Assembly (NCBI GenBank): GCA_905203455.1
Contig: CAJKVX010000002.1
Coordinates: 1-34,335 of the forward strand
Source of the DNA: an uncultured Eubacteriales bacterium
GTDB taxonomy: Bacteria > Bacillota > Clostridia > Christensenellales > UBA1242
Reading direction: 5' to 3'
DNA: 34,335 nt
Shown here: positions 16,455 through 25,421 of the stretch, in pieces
Numbering within the stretch: position 1 is the first letter of the stretch
Layout: each line of letters starts with the position of its first letter
Notes under the pieces: model-generated
Told to the model about the DNA's origin: nothing
Databases searched by the model: none
Seen by the model: only the letters and a program-made list of their open reading frames with translations
Made by a program: the position numbers and the translations under genes

Positions 16455-19400
16455 ATGAAGTTTATGTTAGCAAACAAAATAGTAGAGGGGCTGATGTGTC
16501 AAAATAAGTTGGCACAGGCCTTTTCTTTGCTAACATCAACCGAAACTGACAGAGAAGTTATAACAAGCATTGAAAACACCACGGTTGCAAGCGCCCTATT
16601 TCAAGGTATTTTAGATTGGTTGTTATCATTCTTTTCAAATTTTATTTATGCAATTTGTAAGTTTGCAATGAATATTATTGATTTTTTTCAGGCCCTTGCT
16701 TACAAATTGATAGGCGTTGGAACAATTGATGAATATCAAGTTGTTGACCAAAACAACCCGTTAATTAAATTTCTTACAAGCGAAGTAGTTTTAGATGTGT
16801 TTATAAGCATCATGATTGTGGCAATTGTGTTTTTGATTGTTTTCACGATTATTGCAATTGTTAGAAGTGAATATCAAACGGCAACTGGTGGTGATGACAA
16901 TTCAGCCTCAAAAGGCAGAATTTTAAGAAGGGTTTTCAGAGCACTTGGTGCAATGATTTTGTATCCTTGCGTTTTGCTGGCATCAATAATTTTGATAAAC
17001 GCAATTTTAGCAAGCGTTATTTCGGCATTTAATGTTAACCCTAATGCAACGGTTGGAAGCAACATTTTCATTGCGTCAGCTTATAACGCTAATAATTACA
17101 GGAACTATGCAATAAACAATTCAAGAATTCCAATTTTAATTAATTTTGAAGACCCGCAAATGTATACCTTAAACGGAGATAGCGGTTACACAAGCGAAGA
17201 ACTTGATGAAATTTATAAAGCGTGGGAAGAAACAGGCAAAAGCATTTATTCAAGGTTTGCATACAGTTCTTTTAGCACTTTTAGTGACACTGTTTATTAC
17301 AAGAATAATATAATTCATAACAATAATGATTATTCTGGGTTTGAAAAGTTTGTTTGCACGCCAGAGCAATATCAGGTTATGGCTGATTTTATTGATTATG
17401 CCGTTGCAAACAACATGACCTTTTACATTAAGGCTTATGACGACCCTGATGTTGACTGGGGCTATGTTAGCAACAGTGTTTACAACCCAATGACGCAAAC
17501 TTTCACAATCAACTACACAAACTCAACAGGAGGCATGGGAACAGGCGATTATTACACCATGGTTTACCAAGCAGAAGAATTTGAGTTTGACACGCCAATG
17601 CAGGCTATTATTCAAACAATTAACCAAATTCTTTCAATTGGCGAGTTTGAAGATTATCAGTTTAAAATGCTTGAAAGGGTTGATGATGAGCGCAATTTGG
17701 TTGAGTGGAAAACCGAAAAAGTTGTTTTAAAACTTAGTGAGAATTGGCAAACAGCACCAACTGCTCTTGACCAACTTATTTTGTATGAATATTCAAGAAA
17801 ACTTGCAAACAACACCTTTAATGATTATTACATTGAAGATTTTCTTCCTGCTAGTGATGGGGTTGAACTTAAAGTAATGACTCTTCACAACACAAGGTAT
17901 TCACCTTCACTTAAACAATATGTTGAATATGCAACACACTATGTTTGTTATATTAATGGGTCATACTATGCAGTAAGTGAAAATCAAACTTATCTTGATG
18001 GTGAGACACAAACCATATATACAATTGATGAAGACCTTTTAACAGGAACCTATTTTGAAGCAAACTCAACAACAGTAAAACAAGAATATGTTCCAACTGC
18101 AAGTGAAGAATTAGATGTTGTTACCATTGATGCCCTTGGGGGCATTAGGGTGAAACTGCCTACTGATGAAAACGGCAAGGCAAGTCTTTATGCTGATTTA
18201 CGGGTGAATTATAACAGTGGAGACAGCAAGTATGATGAAATTTACAACACCAGTGTTTCAGGGGCAGAACTTGATGACGGCATTAAAGTTTATGTTGACA
18301 CCCTTGAAGATGTTTGCGTAACAGGAACATGGACTGAAAAGATTTATAATGATTTGCAGGTTATTTATAAAGACATTAACATAAACAACCTTATAAACAC
18401 TGACCAATGGCTAAGTGCGTTTAGTGAAATGTATAACTCTCAGTCTTACATTACAACTGAGAATGGTCAAACCGCAACCACAACATTTAACACAACTTTA
18501 ATTCACCCATTGGGGCTTATTCAAGCCGAGTTGTTTTTAGGTAATGTTGAAGAAGGGCAATATTATAACAGTTATGCTGATTTTATTTACAGCAGTTCAT
18601 ATAATGACAGCATTATTAAAGCCTTGTTTATAAGCCTGCTTGGTGAAGAAAATTACAGACAGTCTTACCAGCAATATCAAGTATACATGGACATTTTTAA
18701 TTGCATGATGAGTTCAGTGCTTGATGAAACTGCCTTTTATGAATTTTTTGACATTGTTGATGAAACAAATCAATCTTTGCAACTTTACACTTATAAGGCT
18801 TATCTTTCAAGTGTTTTGCTTTCAACAGACTTTGGCAATTATCTTTATAACATTGCTGACACTATAATGAAAAGCAATAATGTTTTAAACTACATTTTGC
18901 AAAGAGAAATTGATGAAAACGGCAATGTAACAAGTGTTCAATATGTCGAATTTTATGATATGATTCATTCTATTCAAGATATTGAAACAGTCTACGGAAA
19001 ATATTTTAATTTCAGCGAAAACACTAATGCTTATGGAATTTCTGCAATACAAGGTATAAAAGATGGTGCAATTGAAGAGTTTATGGCAGACTATCCAGAT
19101 GCTGCTGCGTCTTTAACCGATGCTGAAAATATTTTAAACAGTATGATAGATAGTTACACCACAACTCTTGAATACATTAACACTTTTGAAACTGTAAACG
19201 ACTATTGGCAGGGGCAAGAATTTGAACATGGTGATGATTATGAGTTTTTAGAGGCCCTTGAAATTTACATGAGCGAAGATGGTTTTGCTAGGTCTTGGGC
19301 AATGGGGCCGAATGGAATGCTTGATAAATCTAGCATTGCAAATGAACTTAGCGAAATTGTTTCATGGTATGATAAAAATGAACTTGTTGCAAATGATATT

Positions 19401-22400
19401 ATCACATTTTTTGGTGGAGCAGTTAGCGTTGAAGAATTAGAAGCGGCATACAGATATCTTTTGCTAGATGAAAATGATGAAGGTTATGACGAAGCCTTGC
19501 AGGCGGGTCTTGAAGCACAAGCAGAAATTGAAGATTATGTAAGCTTTTTAAGAGTTTATCGCTGGCTTAGTGGTGTTGCACCAAATGGGGTTATTTTTCC
19601 AGTTAAAATGTATTATGTGTTTAATGCTTACAGCAAACTTAACGACTTTTTAAGCCTTATTGACACCCTTCAATTCTTAAATGAACAGCAAACTGATGCT
19701 AGTGTTGAAGTGGCAACAATTGATTTTACCTCTGCCTATAACCTTTTGGGGCATGCTGATGAGTTTGAGTTAACCGTTGAAAATTGTGTTGATTTGGCTT
19801 TAAGTGTTAGTGACAATGTTTGGAAAGAAATTTTAGGTGAAAACTTATTTAACCAAATTGATGATGTTTTAAACATCAGCAATGGAAGGCTTGTTGAAGT
19901 TAGTGCATATTGTGAAAATACAAGTGGCGAAAGATACACATCTAGTGAAGAAATTATGGCACTTAAAAAATTGTGGTATCAAATGTTGCTTATTTATAAT
20001 GATGCTGACATTACAATTGATGAACAAAACAATTTAAGCGCTCAGGTTAAAAATGCAAGAGGAATTATTAAAAATTATGTTGGGGCACAATTAAAACTTG
20101 ATACACTTAATCTTTATAATGTTTATTATTCAATAACAGCGTTTAGCAGCCAAGTTTTAAATGAAACGCTGGTGTTAAACATTAATAACAGAAAATATGT
20201 TGCACAGGTTAACATGAGCAGTGCGAAGTTTGTTGAATATATTTTAGGGTATGACAAACTTGTTGAATATGGCTACACTCCTGTTTATATTGATGACACT
20301 TATCAAGGAATTTTAAGTCAAACATCTGTTACAATTAATGGCGAAGAGATTTACACAACTGACACATGGGCTGAACTTAAACAATTTTTAAACAAGTTTG
20401 GTCAGGCTTGTATTGACATTTCAAATAAATCAACATTTGCAAGGCTTGAAAATGATAAGGTTGATACATTCACGCTTGATTTGTATACAATAACTGGGTC
20501 TAACCAAGTAACAGAAACCACACTTTCTCTTTACCTTGCACAGTTTATTGCAGATAATCTGTCAACTGACATTCTTACAAGTTTTGTTAAAATTGATTCA
20601 ACAATAGTAAACACTAACAATGAAAGCGTTATAAGAAATGAAGTTAAAAGGGTTCTTGCAAACACAAGAGCGCAAGACCCACAAGCGTTTAGATCAATTG
20701 TTGTTGATTTGCTTGATTATTTAGGGTTAGATAAAGATTTTGTTGCAAGAATTTGTGGGGTTGACACAACAGATGTTAACTTTAAAGGCTTCACTCTTTC
20801 GCAATATAAAACGGCAGCAATGAGATTGCTTTATGACTATCAAGAGTATGCCGAAGATAGTTCTTACGCAAATCAACAGCGTTATGTTACCCTTGTTTAT
20901 TTGTGTTGTGCTGATTGGCAAGAAAGTGCATCATTTAATGGTGATAAATGGGTTAAGCCAGAAAATAGTCAAGATTTAAACACTTTTTACAATTCAAACA
21001 TAACATCGCTTAAAAAAGATGATTATTCATTGGGGCTTATTATGCGAATGAGCGGGCTTGAAAACAGAAACCCTAATGAACTTGTTGGCTTAGAGTTCAC
21101 TGTTGACCTTACAAGCAGTGTTAAAAGTGAAGAAAACGGAGACGTGTTTATAATTTGCACATATGACGCAAATGAAAGAAAATATTATCCATTCCTTATG
21201 GCTAACAATGAGTTAAATGGAATTGAACAAAATGATGTTACTCAGGAATATATTGATAAATTCATAAGAGGCACTGGCCTTACCATGCCTTACACAAATT
21301 ATTATGGCGGGGTTACAGATGAAAATGGAAATGTAACTGCACAGTGGTATCCTGTTGTTGCGAAGGGTATTGTAACAGAAGACGGAATTCCAACCACAAT
21401 TAAAGAAAGCAATGGAGACATTGTTTTCTATCGAAATGATGTTGTTATTCGTGATGCTTCAGTTTTGCAACTTTCAACATATTTTTCAGACACTTCTGCA
21501 ATAATTTATCGAGGGGGAATTATAAGTGTTACTGCAAATGCAATAACAAAGGCAATTTATGGAAAAACTCTTTCAGAAATTGCAATAAGCAGAATTCCAA
21601 GAATTGCACTTGAAAGTGGTTTGCATTTTGCTTACGGCAATGATTATAATGAAGTTGCAACTGTTGATGATGGAGTTATTTACATTGATTATAACTTCTA
21701 TGAAAACAACGGGCTTGCAATGGAATTTTTGTTTAACAGCACTCAAATTAACATGCTGATTCTTGTTTTAGCAGTTATTGCATTGTTTAAGGCATTGTGG
21801 TCAATGGTTTGGGGGCTTATTTCAAGAATTTTTGATGTTACTGTTCTTTCAATGCTTTCACCAGCAGTGTTTGCAACAATGGCCCTAACCCCCGAAGAAA
21901 AGAAAGATGGGCAATATGCTGACAAGCCGTTTGTTTATGATAACTGGCTTGCAACGGTAAGAGATAAGTTGTTGTCTGTTTTTGGGTTTGCAATTGCAAT
22001 TAACATTTTCTTTATTATGGTGCCAATTATAAGGGAATTCAACTTGTTTAGCAGTGCATCAGCATTTGCTAACATTCCACTTGTAAGAAACATTTCAACA
22101 AATGCACTTAATGCAATTGTTCAAACTATTTTGCTTATTTGTGCAATTTACACAATAAAATCTGCTCCTAAATTATTTGAAGGGTTTATTGGGGTGAAAA
22201 GTAATTTGCAAGACAGTGGTGACAACACTTTGAAAAATGTTAAGGGTATTGAAGCAATGGTCAGAGATTATACCTCTGGCAGAGCAATAGTTCGTGCAAA
22301 AAATAAGGCGATTGGTTTAGCAAAATCAATGCCAGGGGCTGAATTGGGGGCTGAGGCTGCAAGTAAATATAGAATTGCCAAAACTAGCGTTCAGGCAAGA

Positions 22401-22580
22401 CTGTCAGCAGCCCACACAAAAGATGCTCTTATGGCAAATGGAGTTAGCAAGAAAGACGCAAAACGCCTTGCAAAAACCGCAAGACAAACGCTTGTAAATA
22501 GTCAGCAGGCTGATGAAGCCCGCAGAAGACAAAGAAGGGCAGCATACAGAAAGGCTGCATTTGGTGAGTTTGAAAAGTAA
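16455..22580 (+). CDS. Giant polytopic membrane protein B (2041 aa), paralogue of A and C, with a roughly 1535-aa ectodomain
   Basis: Uninterrupted 6.1-kb ORF starting 26 nt after virB4. N-module motifs: ICKFAMNIIDFFQAL, RSEYQTATGGDDN and IFIASAYNANNYRNYAINNSRIP. Shared ectodomain anchors: YQVMADFIDYAV, VVAKGIVTEDGIPTTIKESNGDIVFYRND and IYIDYNFYENNG. C-module from about aa 1765: LISRIFDVTVLSMLSPAV...VRDKLLSVFGFAIAINIFFIMVPII. Short basic tail. Confidence 0.85.
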   Translation: MKFMLANKIVEGLMCQNKLAQAFSLLTSTETDREVITSIENTTVASALFQGILDWLLSFFSNFIYAICKFAMNIIDFFQALAYKLIGVGTIDEYQVVDQNNPLIKFLTSEVVLDVFISIMIVAIVFLIVFTIIAIVRSEYQTATGGDDNSASKGRILRRVFRALGAMILYPCVLLASIILINAILASVISAFNVNPNATVGSNIFIASAYNANNYRNYAINNSRIPILINFEDPQMYTLNGDSGYTSEELDEIYKAWEETGKSIYSRFAYSSFSTFSDTVYYKNNIIHNNNDYSGFEKFVCTPEQYQVMADFIDYAVANNMTFYIKAYDDPDVDWGYVSNSVYNPMTQTFTINYTNSTGGMGTGDYYTMVYQAEEFEFDTPMQAIIQTINQILSIGEFEDYQFKMLERVDDERNLVEWKTEKVVLKLSENWQTAPTALDQLILYEYSRKLANNTFNDYYIEDFLPASDGVELKVMTLHNTRYSPSLKQYVEYATHYVCYINGSYYAVSENQTYLDGETQTIYTIDEDLLTGTYFEANSTTVKQEYVPTASEELDVVTIDALGGIRVKLPTDENGKASLYADLRVNYNSGDSKYDEIYNTSVSGAELDDGIKVYVDTLEDVCVTGTWTEKIYNDLQVIYKDININNLINTDQWLSAFSEMYNSQSYITTENGQTATTTFNTTLIHPLGLIQAELFLGNVEEGQYYNSYADFIYSSSYNDSIIKALFISLLGEENYRQSYQQYQVYMDIFNCMMSSVLDETAFYEFFDIVDETNQSLQLYTYKAYLSSVLLSTDFGNYLYNIADTIMKSNNVLNYILQREIDENGNVTSVQYVEFYDMIHSIQDIETVYGKYFNFSENTNAYGISAIQGIKDGAIEEFMADYPDAAASLTDAENILNSMIDSYTTTLEYINTFETVNDYWQGQEFEHGDDYEFLEALEIYMSEDGFARSWAMGPNGMLDKSSIANELSEIVSWYDKNELVANDIITFFGGAVSVEELEAAYRYLLLDENDEGYDEALQAGLEAQAEIEDYVSFLRVYRWLSGVAPNGVIFPVKMYYVFNAYSKLNDFLSLIDTLQFLNEQQTDASVEVATIDFTSAYNLLGHADEFELTVENCVDLALSVSDNVWKEILGENLFNQIDDVLNISNGRLVEVSAYCENTSGERYTSSEEIMALKKLWYQMLLIYNDADITIDEQNNLSAQVKNARGIIKNYVGAQLKLDTLNLYNVYYSITAFSSQVLNETLVLNINNRKYVAQVNMSSAKFVEYILGYDKLVEYGYTPVYIDDTYQGILSQTSVTINGEEIYTTDTWAELKQFLNKFGQACIDISNKSTFARLENDKVDTFTLDLYTITGSNQVTETTLSLYLAQFIADNLSTDILTSFVKIDSTIVNTNNESVIRNEVKRVLANTRAQDPQAFRSIVVDLLDYLGLDKDFVARICGVDTTDVNFKGFTLSQYKTAAMRLLYDYQEYAEDSSYANQQRYVTLVYLCCADWQESASFNGDKWVKPENSQDLNTFYNSNITSLKKDDYSLGLIMRMSGLENRNPNELVGLEFTVDLTSSVKSEENGDVFIICTYDANERKYYPFLMANNELNGIEQNDVTQEYIDKFIRGTGLTMPYTNYYGGVTDENGNVTAQWYPVVAKGIVTEDGIPTTIKESNGDIVFYRNDVVIRDASVLQLSTYFSDTSAIIYRGGIISVTANAITKAIYGKTLSEIAISRIPRIALESGLHFAYGNDYNEVATVDDGVIYIDYNFYENNGLAMEFLFNSTQINMLILVLAVIALFKALWSMVWGLISRIFDVTVLSMLSPAVFATMALTPEEKKDGQYADKPFVYDNWLATVRDKLLSVFGFAIAINIFFIMVPIIREFNLFSSASAFANIPLVRNISTNALNAIVQTILLICAIYTIKSAPKLFEGFIGVKSNLQDSGDNTLKNVKGIEAMVRDYTSGRAIVRAKNKAIGLAKSMPGAELGAEAASKYRIAKTSVQARLSAAHTKDALMANGVSKKDAKRLAKTARQTLVNSQQADEARRRQRRAAYRKAAFGEFEK

Positions 22581-22610
22581 TAAAAGAAATAACAAAACAA
22601 GGGTGGTAAA

Positions 22611-25163
22611 ATGAGCATTACAACAAAGTTAGGAATGTTTATAAATAACATCACTCACACCATATTAAACGGTGCGGGTGGTGTTGCCACGCTTGAAAAT
22701 AGTGGGGATAGTTCAATTTGGGATACTGCACTTACCTTTGTTATTAACATCATAACAAACAGTTGGAGAATTGTTCTTACAATTATCATGAGGCTGCTTA
22801 CTGTTGTTGGCAGATTTATATTAAACATTATTGATTTCTTTTTCATATTCATAAGGCAATTTTTGGGAATGAGTGCTGATTATTCAACCCTTGAAAGTTT
22901 GGGAGGGGACGCAGTGTTTGACTTTGTGTTTAGTGACACAGTGTTAAACATTATTAAATACATTTTCATTCTAGGCATTGTTCTTATTATTGTTTTTTCA
23001 ATAATTGCCATTATTAAAACTGAATATAGTGATGTTACTGGCGGGGATAACAGCAAAAAACATGTTTTAGTTAATGCTCTTAAAAGTTGTTTTTTGATGA
23101 TAATTGTGCCTGTGTTGTTCGTTTTTTCAATAATTTTCAGTAACGCAATTCTTTCAGCACTTTACATGGCCACAGCAGGTGGGCAAGACATTAGTGTTGG
23201 CACTTACATTTGGCAGGCAAGCACATATCAGGCCAACGCGTATCGGTCTTATGCTGATGATGACCAAAAAATTCCAATAACCTACACCTTTTCAAACACA
23301 AATGATGACGGAAGTGAAATAAATTTTGACACAATTAACACTGACGGCACAATAAGTGACCTTGAAAATGCCTTTTTGGCATTTAGAAATCAGTCAGGCT
23401 TCATGCAGGGGTTTAAAACGGCGGTTATGTTTAATGAAAATGAATTTTTCAGTATTGACCAAATTGAGGCCGCCGAAGAGGCAATAAGAGAAAGTTCAAA
23501 CGGGCAGGAACACTCGGCATACTATGCTGTTTATGATAACAATTTGTATTCAAAAAAAGTTGAATATTATGTTATGGCAGATGCAATTGATTATTGCTTA
23601 GTTAAAAATTATGATGTTCCAAGCGGATTCTTCTTTATGTCAATTAATGATGTTTATGAGAACCATTGTGAAGTTTTTGGAACAGACACTGTAACAGATT
23701 TGCCGATTGAGAAAACTGTTGTTGACGGCGTTGAGGGGTATGTTACCCGTGTTGCTTATGATGGTGAACAAGAAGAAACCGTTTACTTTTCACCAGCAGA
23801 AACCTTTGATGAAGCACAAGGCACAGTTTACACATTGTGTTATTCACAACTTCAAACAATAACAACCCCAGAGGGAGGGCAGGTTGAAGTTGAATTATTT
23901 ATGCCGTTTATTCATGGTGGAGACTTTGGGTTTAAAAGTGATTATGTTACAAGCAATGGGTCACTTGTTATTGCAAAAGGACTTTTTGATGCTGAGGGGC
24001 ACCCAACAGCAATAAGAACGAATGACACAGGAATTATTGAATTTTATAGAGATGATATCTATAGCCCAACACTTCTTGACCTTTTTCCAACCATAACCTA
24101 TGAAAAAATAGATGGTTTAAGTGACATTGCTTGGTTTATAAGGAGTGGTTTTGAAGTTATCACAGGGCTTGATGGCGACCAAATGATTCCTCACATTTAT
24201 GTTAATTTCAGTGCATTTGTTGCATTTACTAAAACTGAAAAGGTTGTGGCAAGGCTTGATAGTGGCAATTTTGCGGTTGATTTTAACATGAGTGACCCAC
24301 ATCTTTCAACAGGTAATTTATATGCTGAAAACAAAATAAATCCGCTAATTTTAATTGCGGGCGGAATTGTTATTCTTGAAGCGCTGTTTGTTGTTGTGTT
24401 TGCCTTAATTGGAAGAATTTTTGATATGGTTGTTCTTGCAATAACTTACCCAGGGGTGGTTTCAGCAATTCCACTTGATGGCGGAAAAATGCTTTCAGGG
24501 TGGACGGAGTCATTTTTAAACAAACTTGTTGTGGTTTATTCTGTTACAGTGGTTTTAAACTTTTCGGTTTTAGTAATGCCAATAATTTGGTCAATGGAAA
24601 TGTTTACACCAAAAATGGTTGCAGATTCAATAGGCATTTCATTAATTGTTGGCGGGTGGACGGCATCGTTTTTGAATTTACTTATTAACACAATGTTTAC
24701 ACTTGTTATTTTCTCAATGATAAGAACATTTTCAAAATATCTTAACTTTATGCTTTCAGGAACAACTCTTAGTGATGTTAAAGCAGCAATTAAAAAGAAA
24801 AAGGCAAAAAGTGTTGATGATTATGTCAACAAAAATAATGATGACGCATTTGCTACTGGTGAAGAAATTTGGGGTGAAGTGAAAACTGCTGCAAAAACAA
24901 CAGCGGTTGTTGCTGGGGCTGTTATTTCGGGTCAGGTTTTATCAACTGCTGCCAAAGCGGTTACTGACAGACTTGCCGATTACATTCCTGGGGCAGCAGC
25001 AGTTACTGTTATGAATGACATTAAAAATGGCAAAGGTTTTAAAAATGGCATGGAAAGAAGGGCTCAAAACAGAACTGGCCTTATGAACGATTTAACAGCC
25101 GGCATTAACACGCCACGAGATTTAAGCAACAGACTTGGCAGTTTTCAAAAAAATGATAAATAA
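22611..25163 (+). CDS. Polytopic membrane protein C (850 aa), the minimal paralogue of A and B, with a roughly 350-aa ectodomain
   Basis: RBS AAGGGTGG. N-module motifs: VGRFILNIIDFFFIF, KTEYSDVTGGDNS and IWQASTYQANAYRSYADDDQKIP. Ectodomain anchors: YYVMADAIDYCL, LVIAKGLFDAEGHPTAIRTNDTGIIEFYRDD and FAVDFNMSD. C-module from about aa 575: LIGRIFDMVVLAITYPGVVSAIPLDGGK...LNKLVVVYSVTVVLNFSVLVMPII. The tail motif YIPGAAA matches FIPGSAI in A. Confidence 0.85.
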   Translation: MSITTKLGMFINNITHTILNGAGGVATLENSGDSSIWDTALTFVINIITNSWRIVLTIIMRLLTVVGRFILNIIDFFFIFIRQFLGMSADYSTLESLGGDAVFDFVFSDTVLNIIKYIFILGIVLIIVFSIIAIIKTEYSDVTGGDNSKKHVLVNALKSCFLMIIVPVLFVFSIIFSNAILSALYMATAGGQDISVGTYIWQASTYQANAYRSYADDDQKIPITYTFSNTNDDGSEINFDTINTDGTISDLENAFLAFRNQSGFMQGFKTAVMFNENEFFSIDQIEAAEEAIRESSNGQEHSAYYAVYDNNLYSKKVEYYVMADAIDYCLVKNYDVPSGFFFMSINDVYENHCEVFGTDTVTDLPIEKTVVDGVEGYVTRVAYDGEQEETVYFSPAETFDEAQGTVYTLCYSQLQTITTPEGGQVEVELFMPFIHGGDFGFKSDYVTSNGSLVIAKGLFDAEGHPTAIRTNDTGIIEFYRDDIYSPTLLDLFPTITYEKIDGLSDIAWFIRSGFEVITGLDGDQMIPHIYVNFSAFVAFTKTEKVVARLDSGNFAVDFNMSDPHLSTGNLYAENKINPLILIAGGIVILEALFVVVFALIGRIFDMVVLAITYPGVVSAIPLDGGKMLSGWTESFLNKLVVVYSVTVVLNFSVLVMPIIWSMEMFTPKMVADSIGISLIVGGWTASFLNLLINTMFTLVIFSMIRTFSKYLNFMLSGTTLSDVKAAIKKKKAKSVDDYVNKNNDDAFATGEEIWGEVKTAAKTTAVVAGAVISGQVLSTAAKAVTDRLADYIPGAAAVTVMNDIKNGKGFKNGMERRAQNRTGLMNDLTAGINTPRDLSNRLGSFQKNDK

Positions 25164-25188
25164 AAATGCAGTAAAAACTGCATTTTTT
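25162..25188 (+). terminator. Rho-independent terminator closing the plus-strand T4SS-like operon
   Basis: Immediately after the TAA of protein C: tgcagt (25167-25172), loop aaaa, then actgca (25177-25182). Flanking A5/T6 runs extend the stem. Confidence 0.8.
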
Positions 25189-25381
25189 ATATTCTTTCAT
25201 TTGTTTTGTGTAAACCTGTTTTAACGCTTTTGTAAGATAATTTTAACTATCTTGGCACTATTGATTTAAACCTAAATAGCGGGTTGCTTAAAACCTTTGG
25301 AAAAACTAATTAAATTAATTTAGTGGTGGATTACTAAAAATATTGTAGAATTGTTAAAGCGCGCCATGAATGGTATTTATC

Positions 25382-25421
25382 AAAAAACTAATGTATTTAT
25401 CAAAATCTGCATTAGTTTTTT
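25382..25421 (-). terminator. Weak terminator-like hairpin overlapping the fba stop codon
   Basis: aaaaaactaatg (25382-25393) pairs with cattagtttttt (25410-25421). The stem is AT-rich and the loop is 16 nt. On the minus strand it ends in a U-run. A direct repeat gtatttatcaaaa occurs at 25371-25383 and 25393-25405. Confidence 0.3.
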
